The position numbers and the translations under genes were made by a program. The notes beneath the pieces are model-generated. The model was given only the letters and a program-made list of their open reading frames with translations, was not told the DNA's origin and did no database searches. From Octopus sinensis (taxonomy: Eukaryota): a stretch of DNA of 64,000 bases. The stretch lies in assembly GCF_006345805.1 (NCBI RefSeq), contig NC_043005.1, forward strand, positions 31,372,001-31,436,000. The letters run 5' to 3'. The first letter of the stretch is position 1. Every line of letters begins with the position of its first letter. This document shows, in pieces, positions 12,285 through 25,034 of the stretch.

Positions 12285-13532
12285 ACGGGACCTCCGAAAG
12301 CTGTTACGGAATCCCACCTGCCGTCGCTCAAACTCGAACTCGGGATCCCAACAAGTCGAGCGACGACGATTGACCAGGCCCGATCGATCAGAAAATGTTC
12401 GCCACTGAACTCAGAGAGGAGAGAGACAACAACAACAACAACAGCAGCAGGAAGAGACACGGAGGCAATCGAGAGAGACACAAAGAAATACAGCGGAAGG
12501 CAATTGGCTTACATTTAACCTACTATTTTATAACACTTTATGCTTGTTACAACATCAAATAAATCAAGATACATATCAGGTACATCAAAGAGGAAATACA
12601 TGCAAGAAACACCACATCAAAACATTCGGGTACAATAACGGTTCAGATTGATGCAATATACAGTCCGGAGACAACAGTTCTGTTTCAAATCACATTAACG
12701 TTACAGTTCAGAGGACAATTAACACACATACGTTCAATGTTCATTAAATTCTTTTCAGACTACAACAGAGCCTTTCTTTTTCTTTAACAGTTCTGTAACA
12801 CAATGTTCATTTCTTTTACATTTCAATACATCGATTCTTTTTCCTTCTTTTTCTTCACATATCAAAACATACAATTAACACGTTACAATTCAACAACACA
12901 TACCATTACATCAGCCAATGCCTCACATTGTAGTTCATCTCTATTAGCTGCCTAATCCTCTGTATATCCCTCTCTGTCACAGCAGAACAAACCATTACTA
13001 ACTCGCTGTACAATCCCAAATGCCGACTGCTAAATCCAACTGCCAACTGCCTGCCCCGAATCCCAAATCCTGACTGTCCGCCCTGATTCCCAAATGCCAA
13101 CTGTCTCTCCCACTCACAAACGAACTTTCTCTGACCGGCACAAGGCCAAAAGTCCCCTAAAGGCTCATTACTCTTTCTAAAACAAAGGACTATAACTTTG
13201 TATTGTAGACTTTCAGTCTCCACCCCAAGCAAAGTAGGTCAAGAAGTACTGTACCAGCTGAACTATTCACAACAATATATATATGTATGTGTGTGTGTGC
13301 GTGTATGTATATATATATATATATATATGAAAAAGTGTATAGGTATTTATACACAGAGAGGCGACCCTTTACAGGACGCCTTATATGAAAGAAAGGGCAG
13401 CGAAACCCACAACACGATAAAAAGTAATTCCAAAGAGAATGAAAACAAAAATTATTTATTATTAACCCCAAACTCGCGTTTCTCTATGAATGAACAAATA
13501 AAATAAAGCAGAATCTTGAGTTTGGGGTTACA
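12281..13532 (-). mobile_element. Probable solo LTR (Gypsy-like)
   Basis: 1252 bp bounded by TGTAAC...GTAACA on the minus strand, with TATAAAA near 12530, no coding capacity, and TA-rich flanks. TSD ambiguous. Confidence 0.5.
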
Positions 13533-13735
13533 TATTTTTGTTTTCCTTCTCTTTGGAATTACTTTTTCTGCGGTTTGGGGCTGGCTGCTGTTTCTAGCAT
13601 GTAAGGCTTCCTGTCAAGGGTCATATCACTATGTACAAATACTTATATATATGAAAATATGTTTTGACTTTTATTACGTATGCTAGCCACTGGTATGAAG
13701 ATTTTTTCTAAATTTTCTACCCTTATAATTTTCAC

Positions 13736-13781
<46 letters not shown>

Positions 13782-13794
13782 AACACACATTCAT

Positions 13795-13995
13795 TTATCT
13801 TTTATGTTGTTAATTGTTTCAGTCATTTGACTGCGGCCTTGTTAGAGCACGGCCTTTAATCGAAGAAATTGACCCCAGGACTTATTCTTTGTAAGCCTCG
13901 GACTTATTTTATTTTTTCTCTTTTGCCGAACCGTTAAGTTACGGGGAAGTAAACACACCAGCATCAGCTGTTGAGCGACACACACACACACACAC

Positions 13996-14033
<38 letters not shown>

Positions 14034-14170
14034 ACGGGATTCTTTCACTTTCCGTCGACCAAATCCACTCATAAAGCTTAGGTCGGCCTGAGGCTATAGT
14101 AGATGAGACTTGCCCAAGGTAGCACGCTGCGGGGCTGAACCCGGAACCATGTGGCTGGTAAGAAAGCTAC
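13795..14170 (-). mobile_element. SINE family A lacking its first ~24 nt, directly abutting the Tx1 3' tail
   Basis: Minus strand begins GTAGCTTTCTTACCAGCCACATGG and continues through the full family A body and tail. Confidence 0.85.
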
Positions 14171-14413
14171 TTTATTTCAATAAATTTCGCCATGAAGGCG
14201 TTACAAAATAGTGGATAAATAAGGACATACAAACATAGAGTGTGAAGTAGCTTCTAATACGAATAAAAATTAAATGTTCGGTGAATGAAAATTTAAAAAT
14301 CTCTATATATTTACACATGCATTTACAATAATTATTTTACCAGTAATAATTTTATAGGAAGGAAAGGAACCCAGCCATCCGGGTAGAACCTTTACTCTTA
14401 CCAACAACCCCAC

Positions 14414-17400
14414 CTAGCTCGTGTCAGTCACTCTCAGCTTGCTCGCCACAGGCGTCCATCTTTTTACGAACGTGCTCCGTAACAGACACCTTTTCTCCAG
14501 CCTGATCTTACTAGTGAGGTAGTAACTAAAGAAGTTCACCAACACTTGGCCGGAGAAAAAGTGCCTGTCACAATCCCTTTCACTCACGTCTTCCATACTG
14601 TTTCTTTCAGTATGGCTACTACGCAGAAGAAACAAGCCCTCCTTTCCCTGTCAATGGAAGGAGGCGGCACAATCTCAATGATAGACTCTGCTGATAGCTG
14701 AACTCTTCTCATTACTGACAACAGTTGCTCAACCAAAGATATCAGTCTCAATAATTCCGGACATTCCACGAATGTGAGCAAGACGGTTTCCCTGTCCCGC
14801 ACACATCTCGAGCATGTCGGTGAGACGGCACTACCGTACATCAAAAGCTTATCCCGAACAGGTAATACAACACAGAAGCACTGACAAACTAAGGATTTCT
14901 GGTAATTATCCAGATACCTCGGCCCGAACGTTTTTCTGAACAGGTTGATCAACTGATTTTCATCGTAGCCTAGGGTCTTTCCCAAGGCTTCTTCTGGCAT
15001 AGGTCCCACTAACCTGCTATAAAATGCCGAGGTGGAATTCCTATTGCTGGCATTGCCTACCCGAGAGAGTAGCTGAAGCGCTTGACGGCACTCCAAATGC
15101 CACTCCCCCAGTTTAGGTCTTTGCTTGATCCATGTACCAATGTTCCTTAAGGACGTCAACTGAGGAAGGTAGAACCGTACGTGCGGCGACCACACTTGTT
15201 CTCCATCCAGATAAAGCCAAAGGTGCCTCAACCTTAACGCGAGTTTTCACATTTTCAGCCAAGGCATCCCTAGCCCACCCTTTAGCGGCTTTTGACAGCA
15301 GACAGAGCGCTTCACAAATGGTTTTCCTCCTTTCCACAAAAAGCGGAAAAGGATTCTCTCCAACTTGTTCTGCCACAAATCGGGGCAAAGCACCACGGTC
15401 AGACGGTCGGTGATAACGGAAGCTATAAACACCCGTACCACCTCTGCCTTCTCTAAAAATGATAACGCCCTCCCAGACCAGGTCTGGGTTAAAGCAGTCA
15501 CCTTGCTGGTTACCTCACTCCAATTCTTCTCTATCTGGAGGTCCGGACCAAACCAGACCCCTAACAGCTTAACAGGACCTTCCGTCCAACGTCCGACGAC
15601 GTTATCGGACGCCATTGGCTTGCCCCTCTAGGTGCCGAGTTGCAAACCGACCGACTTGTCCTTGTTAACCTTGGCTTCTTCCACCGCCTCGTAACCTTTG
15701 ATGACTTCTTCCACGATAGGAAGTTGGCCCTCGTCAGTCACGATGATGGAGATGTCATCCGCATACGCAATAGCTCCCCTTCCACACCATAGACCATGCG
15801 GCGTACTCCCTAACGCCTTCATTATCCGCAGCAATGGCTCAAGAGCCAACATATACAAAAGCGGAGACGCACTGATCACTTGATCTTGAACGGCTTCGAA
15901 AGGAAACCGTTCACTTTAATGATAGACTCGATGTCGCCATACAAAGCAGTAATCCAACAACGGAAGGCCGGACCCAAGTCAGCCTTCTTGAAGACTGCCG
16001 CCAAGTACCGATGGTCGACCCTATCAAATGCTTTAGATGGGTCTAAATGCACCAGTGACCCCACTCCTGCACCAGAAAGTTTCCTTACCCTTTCTAAGGA
16101 GTAGCGTATAAGGTGGAGATTATCGTGGATCGACCTGCCCGGGATGGCACAAGTCTGTCCACGACCCGCGTCAACCTTTTTGCTAGCACCTTGGCCAGAA
16201 TCTTTAACTCTGTGTTAAGCAGAGTAATGGGCCTTGCTCGGGTCCTTTTTGATCAGCGTCACTACCCTCCGGCTTATAGACTTGGGAATTCTCCCATTCT
16301 GCTGCCCATTGGCATAAACACTGATCAGCAGGTGCCCGAATAAGTCTGTTATGCTTTTATAAAATTCATAGGGTAGACCATCGAGACACGGCGACCTCTC
16401 CCCGGGACATTCGCCTAGAACCTCGATCACCTCCTCGGCTGTGATTGATCCCTCACAGCATTCAGCTTCTCGTGCCGAGAGACGCGGGCTGCTAAACAGG
16501 AAGTCCCCAAGAGCCTCACCATGATCCAGCGTCCCGCCTCTCCCGAACAACTCGGCAAAGTGCTTGTGAAGCACCTCACATATCTCGTCCTGTCCTTCGA
16601 CCGAACTCCCGTTCGCATCAAGAAAAGACCTAATTGTGGTATTATTGCCACGCTGGGTTTCTACCGAACGGGCTCATCCGGCAACTTGCCCGGACTCTGC
16701 ACCCCTCATGTTTGTCTTTGAGGTGACGGTCCAAGCCGTTCTGGCAGCCAAAATGTGAGATGCAGAGCCAAACGTCAACGCCTTCTCTAGGTCCTTAACT
16801 AATCGCCCTTCTATTCTAGCCTTATCTAGCCTTAGATGCTTGCTAAACCTGACAGACTCGAAACGAATGGCTCTCTTGAGGGCGAACCACCACTGATTAT
16901 TAATCACGGCACCGGTTAATGCCTTCTGTACTAATTCTTTAATCTGGCTACGGTATGCCTCGCAAGTCAAAATAGACTTATTCAGCTTCCAGTGGCCGGA
17001 TCCTCTTTTAACTGCACTATGTTCAGCCTAATCTTTACCATTCTATAATCAGTGTAGGACACTTGAACAAGGTGTGGACAGCTAAAACTAGCATTATCAC
17101 TAGTTCTAATAACTATTCTAAGTAAGACTTGAACCTTCCGTCGCCATTCGTCCAGGTCCACTCTGGGACGTCCGGATGGTCAAGCCTGTAATGATCTGCC
17201 AGCTGAAAACGCTTAAGCAGATCCACGAGACGTGAGTTCACTTTCTTATCGATTGAGCCAACACAATCGATACGTACGTTTATGATAGCATTAAAGTCTC
17301 CTAATACCACTAATTTCTTCGACGTCACGAGAGAGTTCTCCAGGTGTCAATAAAAATCAGTGTGTAAACCTCTAGCACAAGGTACATAGATCCCGATCAA

Positions 17401-17718
17401 TCTGAAGGCCTTACCGCTGTATGTTACATCAAGGACGTGCATCCCACCTTCAGGGTCCACAAAGACTGTTCTTGTCTACAGAGTTAAGCTTTTACGAATC
17501 AGTACCACCACACTACCTCGCCCTCTGGTCTGGCTAGGAGACATGATTTTCTCATAGCCATTCAGGAGAGGAAAGAAGGTCCGTAGACTGTCCAGCTTGG
17601 TCTCTGTAGCAACCTTCACATGTATATCGTGTGATCTGAGGTCGTCGAGGAAACAAGCCTGCTTCCACTTCGAACTCAGACCACACACATTCAAACAACG
17701 GAGGTGAAGAAGGGTCAT
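14414..17718 (-). pseudogene. LINE ORF2 (APE endonuclease + reverse transcriptase + C-terminal Cys motif), multiple frameshifts and stops
   Basis: LRCLNVCGL, VATETKL, VLGDFNA, WTWTN, PCLDGLPYEFY, LDPSKAFDRVDH, SPLLYMLALEPLL, AYADD, CSRC..ETV. Confidence 0.92.
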
Positions 17719-17735
17719 TACAAAAACAAAGAGTT

Positions 17736-18934
17736 CTACTTACTTTTAACCGGAGAAGTTGGGGCCGAATTTACCACACGTAAAGCAGCCCCTTCCTTCT
17801 CTGCCATCTTTACGTTTGCGGGTAAATCCCAAATCCTCTGGATAGCTTTTGCGTTCCTTTCCTTTAATTGCTGGAATAGGGTTTCCCCTATTCGAGTGCA
17901 CCTGTATTTTGAGTATTTAACTGATTGGTAGAGGGTTGTTGTGTGATGCGGCACTATTATATTGTTCGTATAATCATTTGAGTATCAAACTCAATTAATA
18001 TAGTTTTCACTTCTATTTTCCTTTTTTCCGGGACAATTGGGCGGGATCTTTTCTCATTATTTGTTGTGGTGTTGTGTGTGTTTTTGTAGGGGAATTGGAT
18101 AGGGATATGGTGTGTGTACGTTTCCGTACTATAGTAGTATACTCCTCCTCTGATACCTTCATGGTATCGTCTGGGGGAGTAACAGTTTTTTGGGTAACAG
18201 TGTTTTCCGTTGGTGCCACGAGTCTTGTCTTCCTGATCCCCCTGAATTACTACCGAGATGCTTCGCCCAAGCCAGTTCTGGGGTGGGGGGAAGAGCATGT
18301 GATTTCAAGAAATTTTATTTTGTCCACCCTGTTAAATAACAGGGCGGCCATTATCTCTCTTGGATCTATTCTCGGTGGCACTTCTGTCATCCTTACACGG
18401 GAAGTGCGTCTCCATGTAATTCGGCAGAAGTACTATTTCCTTATTTTTTAGGAGGCTCACGGAGTACCCGCGGGCCACCTCCTCTCTCGCAAAACGTACC
18501 TCCACAGCACCATAGGTCTTGCCGCTTGCGATGTATGTAATATTTTTCCATATAGGGACAAGACATTTCTCCACTTTTTCTTTTTCGAAGTGTTTAAAAC
18601 GCTTGTTTTCTACACAATATGTTTTAAACACAACCTTTCTACGGTCTAACTCAACCGTGCTAGAGGAGGGTGATATTCTAATATCACCGTTCTCTTCCTT
18701 CATTTTATTGAAATATTCCTGTAGCAACCCTACAGGAATATCAATATTCTCTGTTGCCACTGGAACAACTGCAGAAAACTTTTTCGTCATGTTGGTATTG
18801 CCAACATTAATATTACTCTCTTCGAGAGTGCAACTTTCCTCGATAATTTCGAAAAACAATTTTAGTTTAGTTCGAAAAACAATTTTAAAAGTTCGCAAAT
18901 AATTCAATAATAACTTTCTCCACAAGGAGGACAA
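17736..18934 (-). pseudogene. LINE ORF1 (frameshifted)
   Basis: Lies upstream of ORF2. Its SGKTYGAVEVRFA motif is shared with the ORF1-like fragments at 28170 and 57313. Confidence 0.7.
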
Positions 18935-19544
18935 CAGTTCAAAAATAATTCAATAAATAATTCCAACAGTTCCAAGTACAGTTTCAAAAATCCAATATCC
19001 GTCCCCCAAAGGGGGCGTGGAAGACAAATGAAGTCTACGACGACTCTTACCGGTTCAATTGATTTTTCAAACAAAGTTAAAAATGCCACAATGTCTACGC
19101 AAATAAATAAGTAATTTCTATTTTCCGACAAGCGGGAAATAGAACGGTTCACAAAACAAATTCAACAAAATTAACAAATTAAACAATACCGTTGACAACA
19201 AAGGAAATCCCACATAAGGTAATTCAGTAACACGATGTTCGTAGCAGGAAGCTCAAATGACACGAAGTCGCAACCGGAAGTCAGTAAGCAAGCTAATTTT
19301 ATTCATTTCATTTGCCATAGAGGCAGTACAGAGAACACTTGAAAATACGAAAGCTAAAAGAAGCAGCACATATGCTACGACACAACATGGCCTTGCTTTT
19401 TGAGCCATAAAATTAACTTAACTTAACTTAACAACCTCCTTAGCAGACCAAGTGCAGATATGAGCCGCATATGGGAACGGGTATTAAGAAAGATAGAAAA
19501 ATATTAGATTTATAAGCCCTAAAATTCACTCCATAATTGCCCAG

Positions 19545-19792
19545 GGGCATATGGCGTAGTGGTTAATAGTTCGATTACAGGCAGTGACCTAAACAACAAC
19601 AATAATCATAATAATAATAATAATAAGGAATAATAATAATAAGGAATAATAATATGAGGAATGAGAACCCAGGTTCGAAATTTCCCTAAGACACCTGAAG
19701 AAGGCTTGAGGGTATATCGACCGAAACGTGTTAACAACAGACAAGGTGAGGACAAATATCCGTCGAATGTAAATAATGTACATAATTCCTCA

Positions 19793-19796
<4 letters not shown>
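19545..19796 (+). mobile_element. SINE family C (tRNA head + (TAA)n + hammerhead-like tail), copy A
   Basis: gggcatatggcgtagtggttaa..agttcgatt head with an internal deletion; CTGAAGA at 19695 and GAAAC at 19723. The tail is near-identical to 42380-42526. Confidence 0.65.
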
Positions 19797-19823
<27 letters not shown>

Positions 19824-20323
19824 CTTCTAATATATGATAAAAATTTTTTCCAAAAATTTCATCAAAGTGGCCAGCATATTAAAATACTTTTAAAGGTGAA
19901 AATTATAAACAATTATAAAAAAGGGCAAAAGAAAAAAGATTCCTATGCCAATATGTTGAGAATAGACTTTAAATCGTCAATCACCACAAACAATATACAT
20001 CAGTATGAACACACGTCGTGCTGAAATCGAGGAAGACAAACTGACATAATTTATTTAAATGCGTTATCTTTATATTGAATCAATTTCGGGATTAATCCAA
20101 GGGATTTTCACCTCATCAGTAGAGAATACGATAAGAAATAAATGGAATACTTACAAGCATCCATGGAAAAAAGCAGAAGCAAGAGTCATGTGTACACATA
20201 AGTACCCCAGTCATATCTGTGATGTATATTTTCCGTGGTGATTGACCATTTAAAGTCTATTCTCAGCATATTGGCTAGAAATCTTTTTTCTTTTGGCCTT
20301 ATTTATAATTGCATATATATATA

Positions 20324-20483
20324 GGCGCAGGAGTGACTGGGCAGTAAGTAGCTTTCGTGCCAGCCACATGGTTCTTGGTTCAGTCCCACTACTTGGCACC
20401 TTGGGCAAGTGTCTTCTGCTATAGCCTCAGGCCGACCAAAGCTTTGTGGACTTGGTACACGGAAACTGAAGGAAGCCCGTCGT

Positions 20484-20514
<31 letters not shown>

Positions 20515-20713
20515 AGTATATGTGTGTTGCCCAACTATCACTTGATGATCGATGTGTTTACGTCCCCGTAACTTAGCGGTTCGGCAAAAGAGACGGATGT
20601 TATACTAGGCTTACAAAGAATGAGTGTTGGGGTCGATTTGTTCGACTAAAGGCGGTGCTCCAGCATGGCTGCAGTAAAATGACTGAAACAATTGAAAGAA
20701 TAAAAGAAAAGAA
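20324..20713 (+). mobile_element. SINE family A, full length
   Basis: ggcgcaggagtg..gtaagtagct..ggttcagtcccact..gcaccttgggcaagtgtc..(CA)n..tail. Confidence 0.85.
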
Positions 20714-20949
20714 TGTATATATGTATGTGTGTATGTCGAAGTATTTATGTATGCATTGTTTTTGGAGGCAGATGTTTATGATACTGTATTTTCACACATA
20801 TGAAAGATAGTAACTGATCAGATATACAAGCTGGGAATTTACCTAAACTGATATATAGATATATAGAGATTGATCTTTTTGTTTTATTTATCGGTTTTGT
20901 TTTGAGGGAGACAATTTTGTTTATAATTAGCTACATGAATATCCTAAAA

Positions 20950-21310
20950 AATATCTCCACTAATATATATTGCCAATAGCTTCATCATTTCTATATCCAT
21001 TATCACATAGTTGTTGAAAACGCGCATATCCGGCAAATATTTCTAGTTCTGTCATGGATATGTGGCTATGAAAGTTACTGGTCCGTGGATACCCATGGTA
21101 GATTCCATTCTGTTGCAAGTATTTGGGTCAAGTCTGCATTCTCTGAACAACTACCTTCCATTAGTCTTCGCGGTCATAAAAAATTATTGGAGCCGCCTTT
21201 CCTCACTTGACTACTAAAAACACACAAAACTACTCAAACAGTGTTGGAAATCTTTAGCTCAGCCAGTCTCTGCTTCCAATTGATTCTACGTTTAATCATA
21301 TCTTCTCTCT
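20950..21310 (-). mobile_element. Very degenerate non-LTR (RTE-like) ORF2 C-terminal fragment
   Basis: Only a weak SEERRLQ*F-like match to the RRLRF.GH motif. Confidence 0.3.
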
Positions 21311-23206
21311 GTTAATTAAATCATCATCGTTACAAACTGATGTCCTCTAAATAAGCACAGTTTAATTCATCTGATAAGTGCTGTTCAACAGATATATGGA
21401 GTAGAGTAGATATCGACACGCTAACCATAGAGAATTCACCTCGGGAATTGTCAAATTATTTCTTTTGTTGGACCAAGGGGGATTGTACAAACAATATTTG
21501 TATATTAGCATTACTTCGGAAATTAATGAGGTTGATTTCTAGTTTAAATGTATGCTTGTAGAAGAATACTTTTGCACGGAGAATATTTCAGAAAATGATC
21601 CTTATGGGAGGTTTCATTGCAAATAGTGTTTGGCGTTCTATTTGTGGGATGAATAATTATACCATAAGATGGAGAATTTTTTGTATTGGTAGAAGTCTTG
21701 TTCATTCTGAAAAGGAAATAAGGTTGCAGTAAAAAGGGCAATGAGCAGAATCATTGCGTCAATGAATCGTGGGTTAGCTTATCTTTGAGCATTTGCCAGT
21801 CAGCTTTTTTTATTATGTCTAAGATGTTTGTGGAATTAGTACCCAGTAGTGGGGATTATCTGAGAATTAGCAACTAATCAAAACTAATCAAGCTTATGTA
21901 TTTTGTTTTTAATTTCAAGACGTAGCTTAGTCTCTTTAGTGAGGATTTACCAATTCTATATATGCAAGGTCGCTATGAAAGGTTATCAGAGTGTTCAGTC
22001 TAATATTACTAGTAACTGTTATCCGTACTGAAGATGTGTCGACGTGGACTTAAGTGAGTAACTTGATTTGTAGACGGGTTGAGAAGGTATACTATCTGCA
22101 GAACTGTGTGTTCTGTTAAAGATAAAACAAAAATGAATATCGTAAATGAAATAAACCAACCCTGTACTCGAGTTGACTGAATGGAATCCGAAAGAGCTCT
22201 GTCAATACCTGTGCAATAAGGTGTTCTTCAAGACAAACAGGAAGAAATTGATAAATGGAGCTCCAAAGGTTGAAAACATTACTGAGACAATTAACTATTT
22301 TGGTTTGATGATTTAAAAGACAACATTAATATCGATGAAGTTCTCGAGTGCTAAAGTTCACTGTCACGTAATGAAGGATAAGTAATCGTGAGAAAGTTCT
22401 TTGCAAAATGTGTACGACTTACTATTGTTTTGTATATCTCACTATAGAAAATAAAGAAGTCTAGGTGGGGGCGTATAATGGTTTTTATTTGCAGTTACTC
22501 TGAAGTTTTTGTGTTGTAGCCATTATATGTAATGTGGTAGGATATAGAAATCAGAAAAGAAACCCTGTCACTCGTTTAGATATCTAAGATGCCTCGGTGG
22601 AGAAAACTTGTTAGTCAAGGAAGTCAGCACAGAAAACCTATCTCTTAACGGGATGAGAAAAAATTATTTTGATTGAGGGTGGTGTGTTTCCTTGATAAGG
22701 CAAATAAAGCAATACATTGAGAAAAAAATTCAGTGAAGGCTGTAAAAGTAAGTTTAGAGATAAAGATGTTTTGAAAGTGTCGATGGTTATAGTGTATTGG
22801 TTAGTTGGGTGAGTGTTACAAAATTATGAGGCTTACTTGTGCCGATGATTACGAATAATATTTGATTTGGTTTGATTTGTTTGCCAGTAATGATGTCATT
22901 GTGATAGAAATTAATGAGTTAACAGATTTTGTGTGCTGAAATCATTGAACATTCAGGGGAAGAGTTTAAGAGAAATAGTCTAAATTTCGGGCGAAATGTG
23001 ATTTAAAGAATGACACGAACGTAAATAAATTGATTATAGAGATATTAAAATAAGGTAACTGGAATACTTTGCTAGTGATATCTAGGGGAAATATTAGGGC
23101 CGGATTGTACTTTGCGTTTGCCTAGACACCAACTTTTAGAAAAAGAACACTAGCGTACAAACGTGTTCTTGTATTCTACTTTTACATATATAGACATATA
23201 TACGTC

Positions 23207-23356
23207 AGGCTTCTTTCAGTTTCCGTCTACTAAATCCACAAACAAGGCTTTAGTCAGCCCGAGGCTATAGTGGAAGACACTTGCCCAAGGTAACACGCAG
23301 TGGGACTGAACCTGGAACCATGTGGTTGTGAAACAAGCTTCTTAACACACAGCCAC
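23207..23356 (-). mobile_element. SINE family A, 5' part
   Basis: Reverse complement of the family A head and CORE-like region. Confidence 0.8.
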
Positions 23357-23454
23357 GTTTGATAAGAACTGCCACCCGATGCACATATAAGCGCTGTATT
23401 AGCAATATGACTGATTACATACTGTGATGTTAAATTAAAATGTATAAATATATA

Positions 23455-23592
23455 GGCGCAGGAGTGGCTGTGTGGAAAGAAGCTCACTTCCCAACCACAT
23501 GGTTCCTGGTTCAGTTCCATTACGTGGCACCTTGGTCAAGTGTCTTTTACTATAGCCTCGGGCCGATCAAAGCCTTATGAGTGGATTTGGTA
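23455..23592 (+). mobile_element. SINE family A, 5' part (inverted relative to 23207-23356)
   Basis: ggcgcaggagtggctgtgtggaaagaagc..gtggcaccttggtcaagtgtc. Confidence 0.8.
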
Positions 23593-24634
23593 TGCACACC
23601 TAATGCATTGTTATATGTATGTGCCCGAGGGAAATTCACGTACGCGTGTCCACATGCGTATATGAATGCTGGTTATTTTCATATGTACATTCAAACACCA
23701 ACAGTTTACAAAACCGTTATAAACAAATATACTTTTCGTGAAACGCTATAGAGTAAACAAAGTAATTCAAACTTTCATTAACCAATCGGAATTAATTGAC
23801 CAACAAGGATCTATATTAACTTCTCTTAGAAGAATAAACACACGTATATATATATACATATATGCATGTATGAGTGTGCATACGTATTTGCGCATGTATG
23901 TGTATATACAGTACTGTTACAAAAATGTTTTACATGGAAAGAAAAAAGTGGATTTTCATTTAGGCATATTGATTCGAACCTGAATCTTCAGAATTCCCTT
24001 TTAGCGTATCACTGCACTTGCTCACGGAGAAACAAGAATTGACAGCTGAGACATTAAAAACATGCCAAGCCGATTTATGTATTCTTCACTTGATATATTA
24101 ACCCCCTCCTATGCAAACAATAGGTGACAGGGGATATGGAAGATACCTACAGCAGTACCTATTATTTTTAGAGCGGTATGTTCCTCTTTCTTGTCGTGTT
24201 ACGATAATTATAAATAGACGGTCCGCTTGCTAAAGAGTTAGTTAAGTGAGTTTGATGAGATGACCAAAACCAGATACGACTAATGCTCATCACTACCTCA
24301 CTTTAGAATGACAAGTGTCATTCTGTCTCTCTCCGTTGCTGTTGCTGAAATGACAGGCAGAATGAAGTCTCATTCTGTCTTCCTTCCTCTTTCGTCTCAG
24401 CCACCCTTTAAAGGTTTGTTACTACTACTAACGGCATAAACCGTAAACTATAACACAAGAAAACGTAAGGGTGACTTCCCTTTTGTTTTGATCACCTTTC
24501 GAGGATTCGCAATGAATCAAGGAAATCCACTTGTCTTTAAAAACTGATATATATTCAACTATTTGTAACAGCTCTGCGCGTGAACTCTGATATTTTGTGA
24601 CGGCTTGTTTTGGACTCAAATGATTTATATGTTA

Positions 24635-25034
24635 CTAGCAGTATCGCCCGGCGTTGCTCGGGTTTGTAAGGGAAATAACTATATAACCATTTTTAGAGAG
24701 TTATAGCCAAAAAATAGCAAAAAAATGCATTAAAAATGGAAAAAAAAATGATGGTAAATTTTTTTTTAAATCGTTGACTCATCGTAGACATTTTTAGAGA
24801 GTTACTTCCCTTATATAATAGCGAAAAAATGCATTAAAATGGAAAAAAATGATGATAAATATTTTTTTAGAATCGTAGACTCATCGTAGACGCGCGCTAA
24901 TACCCAGAAGGGCTCGATATGAATCACGACTATAAGATACACGGTTTTGGTTAAACTGCACCGCAAAATGTGGGAGTAGTTAGGAATCTAAATCGTAGGA
25001 GACAGACACACAACTTCACTTTTATATATAAAGA
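24635..25034 (-). mobile_element. Non-autonomous Helitron, same family as 3410-4042
   Basis: A|TC start, CCCGAGCAACGCCGGG hairpin and CTAG|T end. Confidence 0.8.

Larger units (their letters stand above)
14171..19283 (-). mobile_element. Near full-length Tx1/L1-clade LINE (inactive)
   Basis: 5' UTR, ORF1, APE-RT ORF2 and a 3' UTR ending AAATAAA. Flanked by gtaagaaagcta (14158-14169) and gtaagcaagcta (19284-19295). Confidence 0.9.

Noticed and set aside
22150-23150. Possible Copia-like RT relic (KQEEIDKW, ADD-like and RPD-like motifs)
   Set aside because: The motifs are too degenerate and need many frameshifts; the classification is not supportable by eye.
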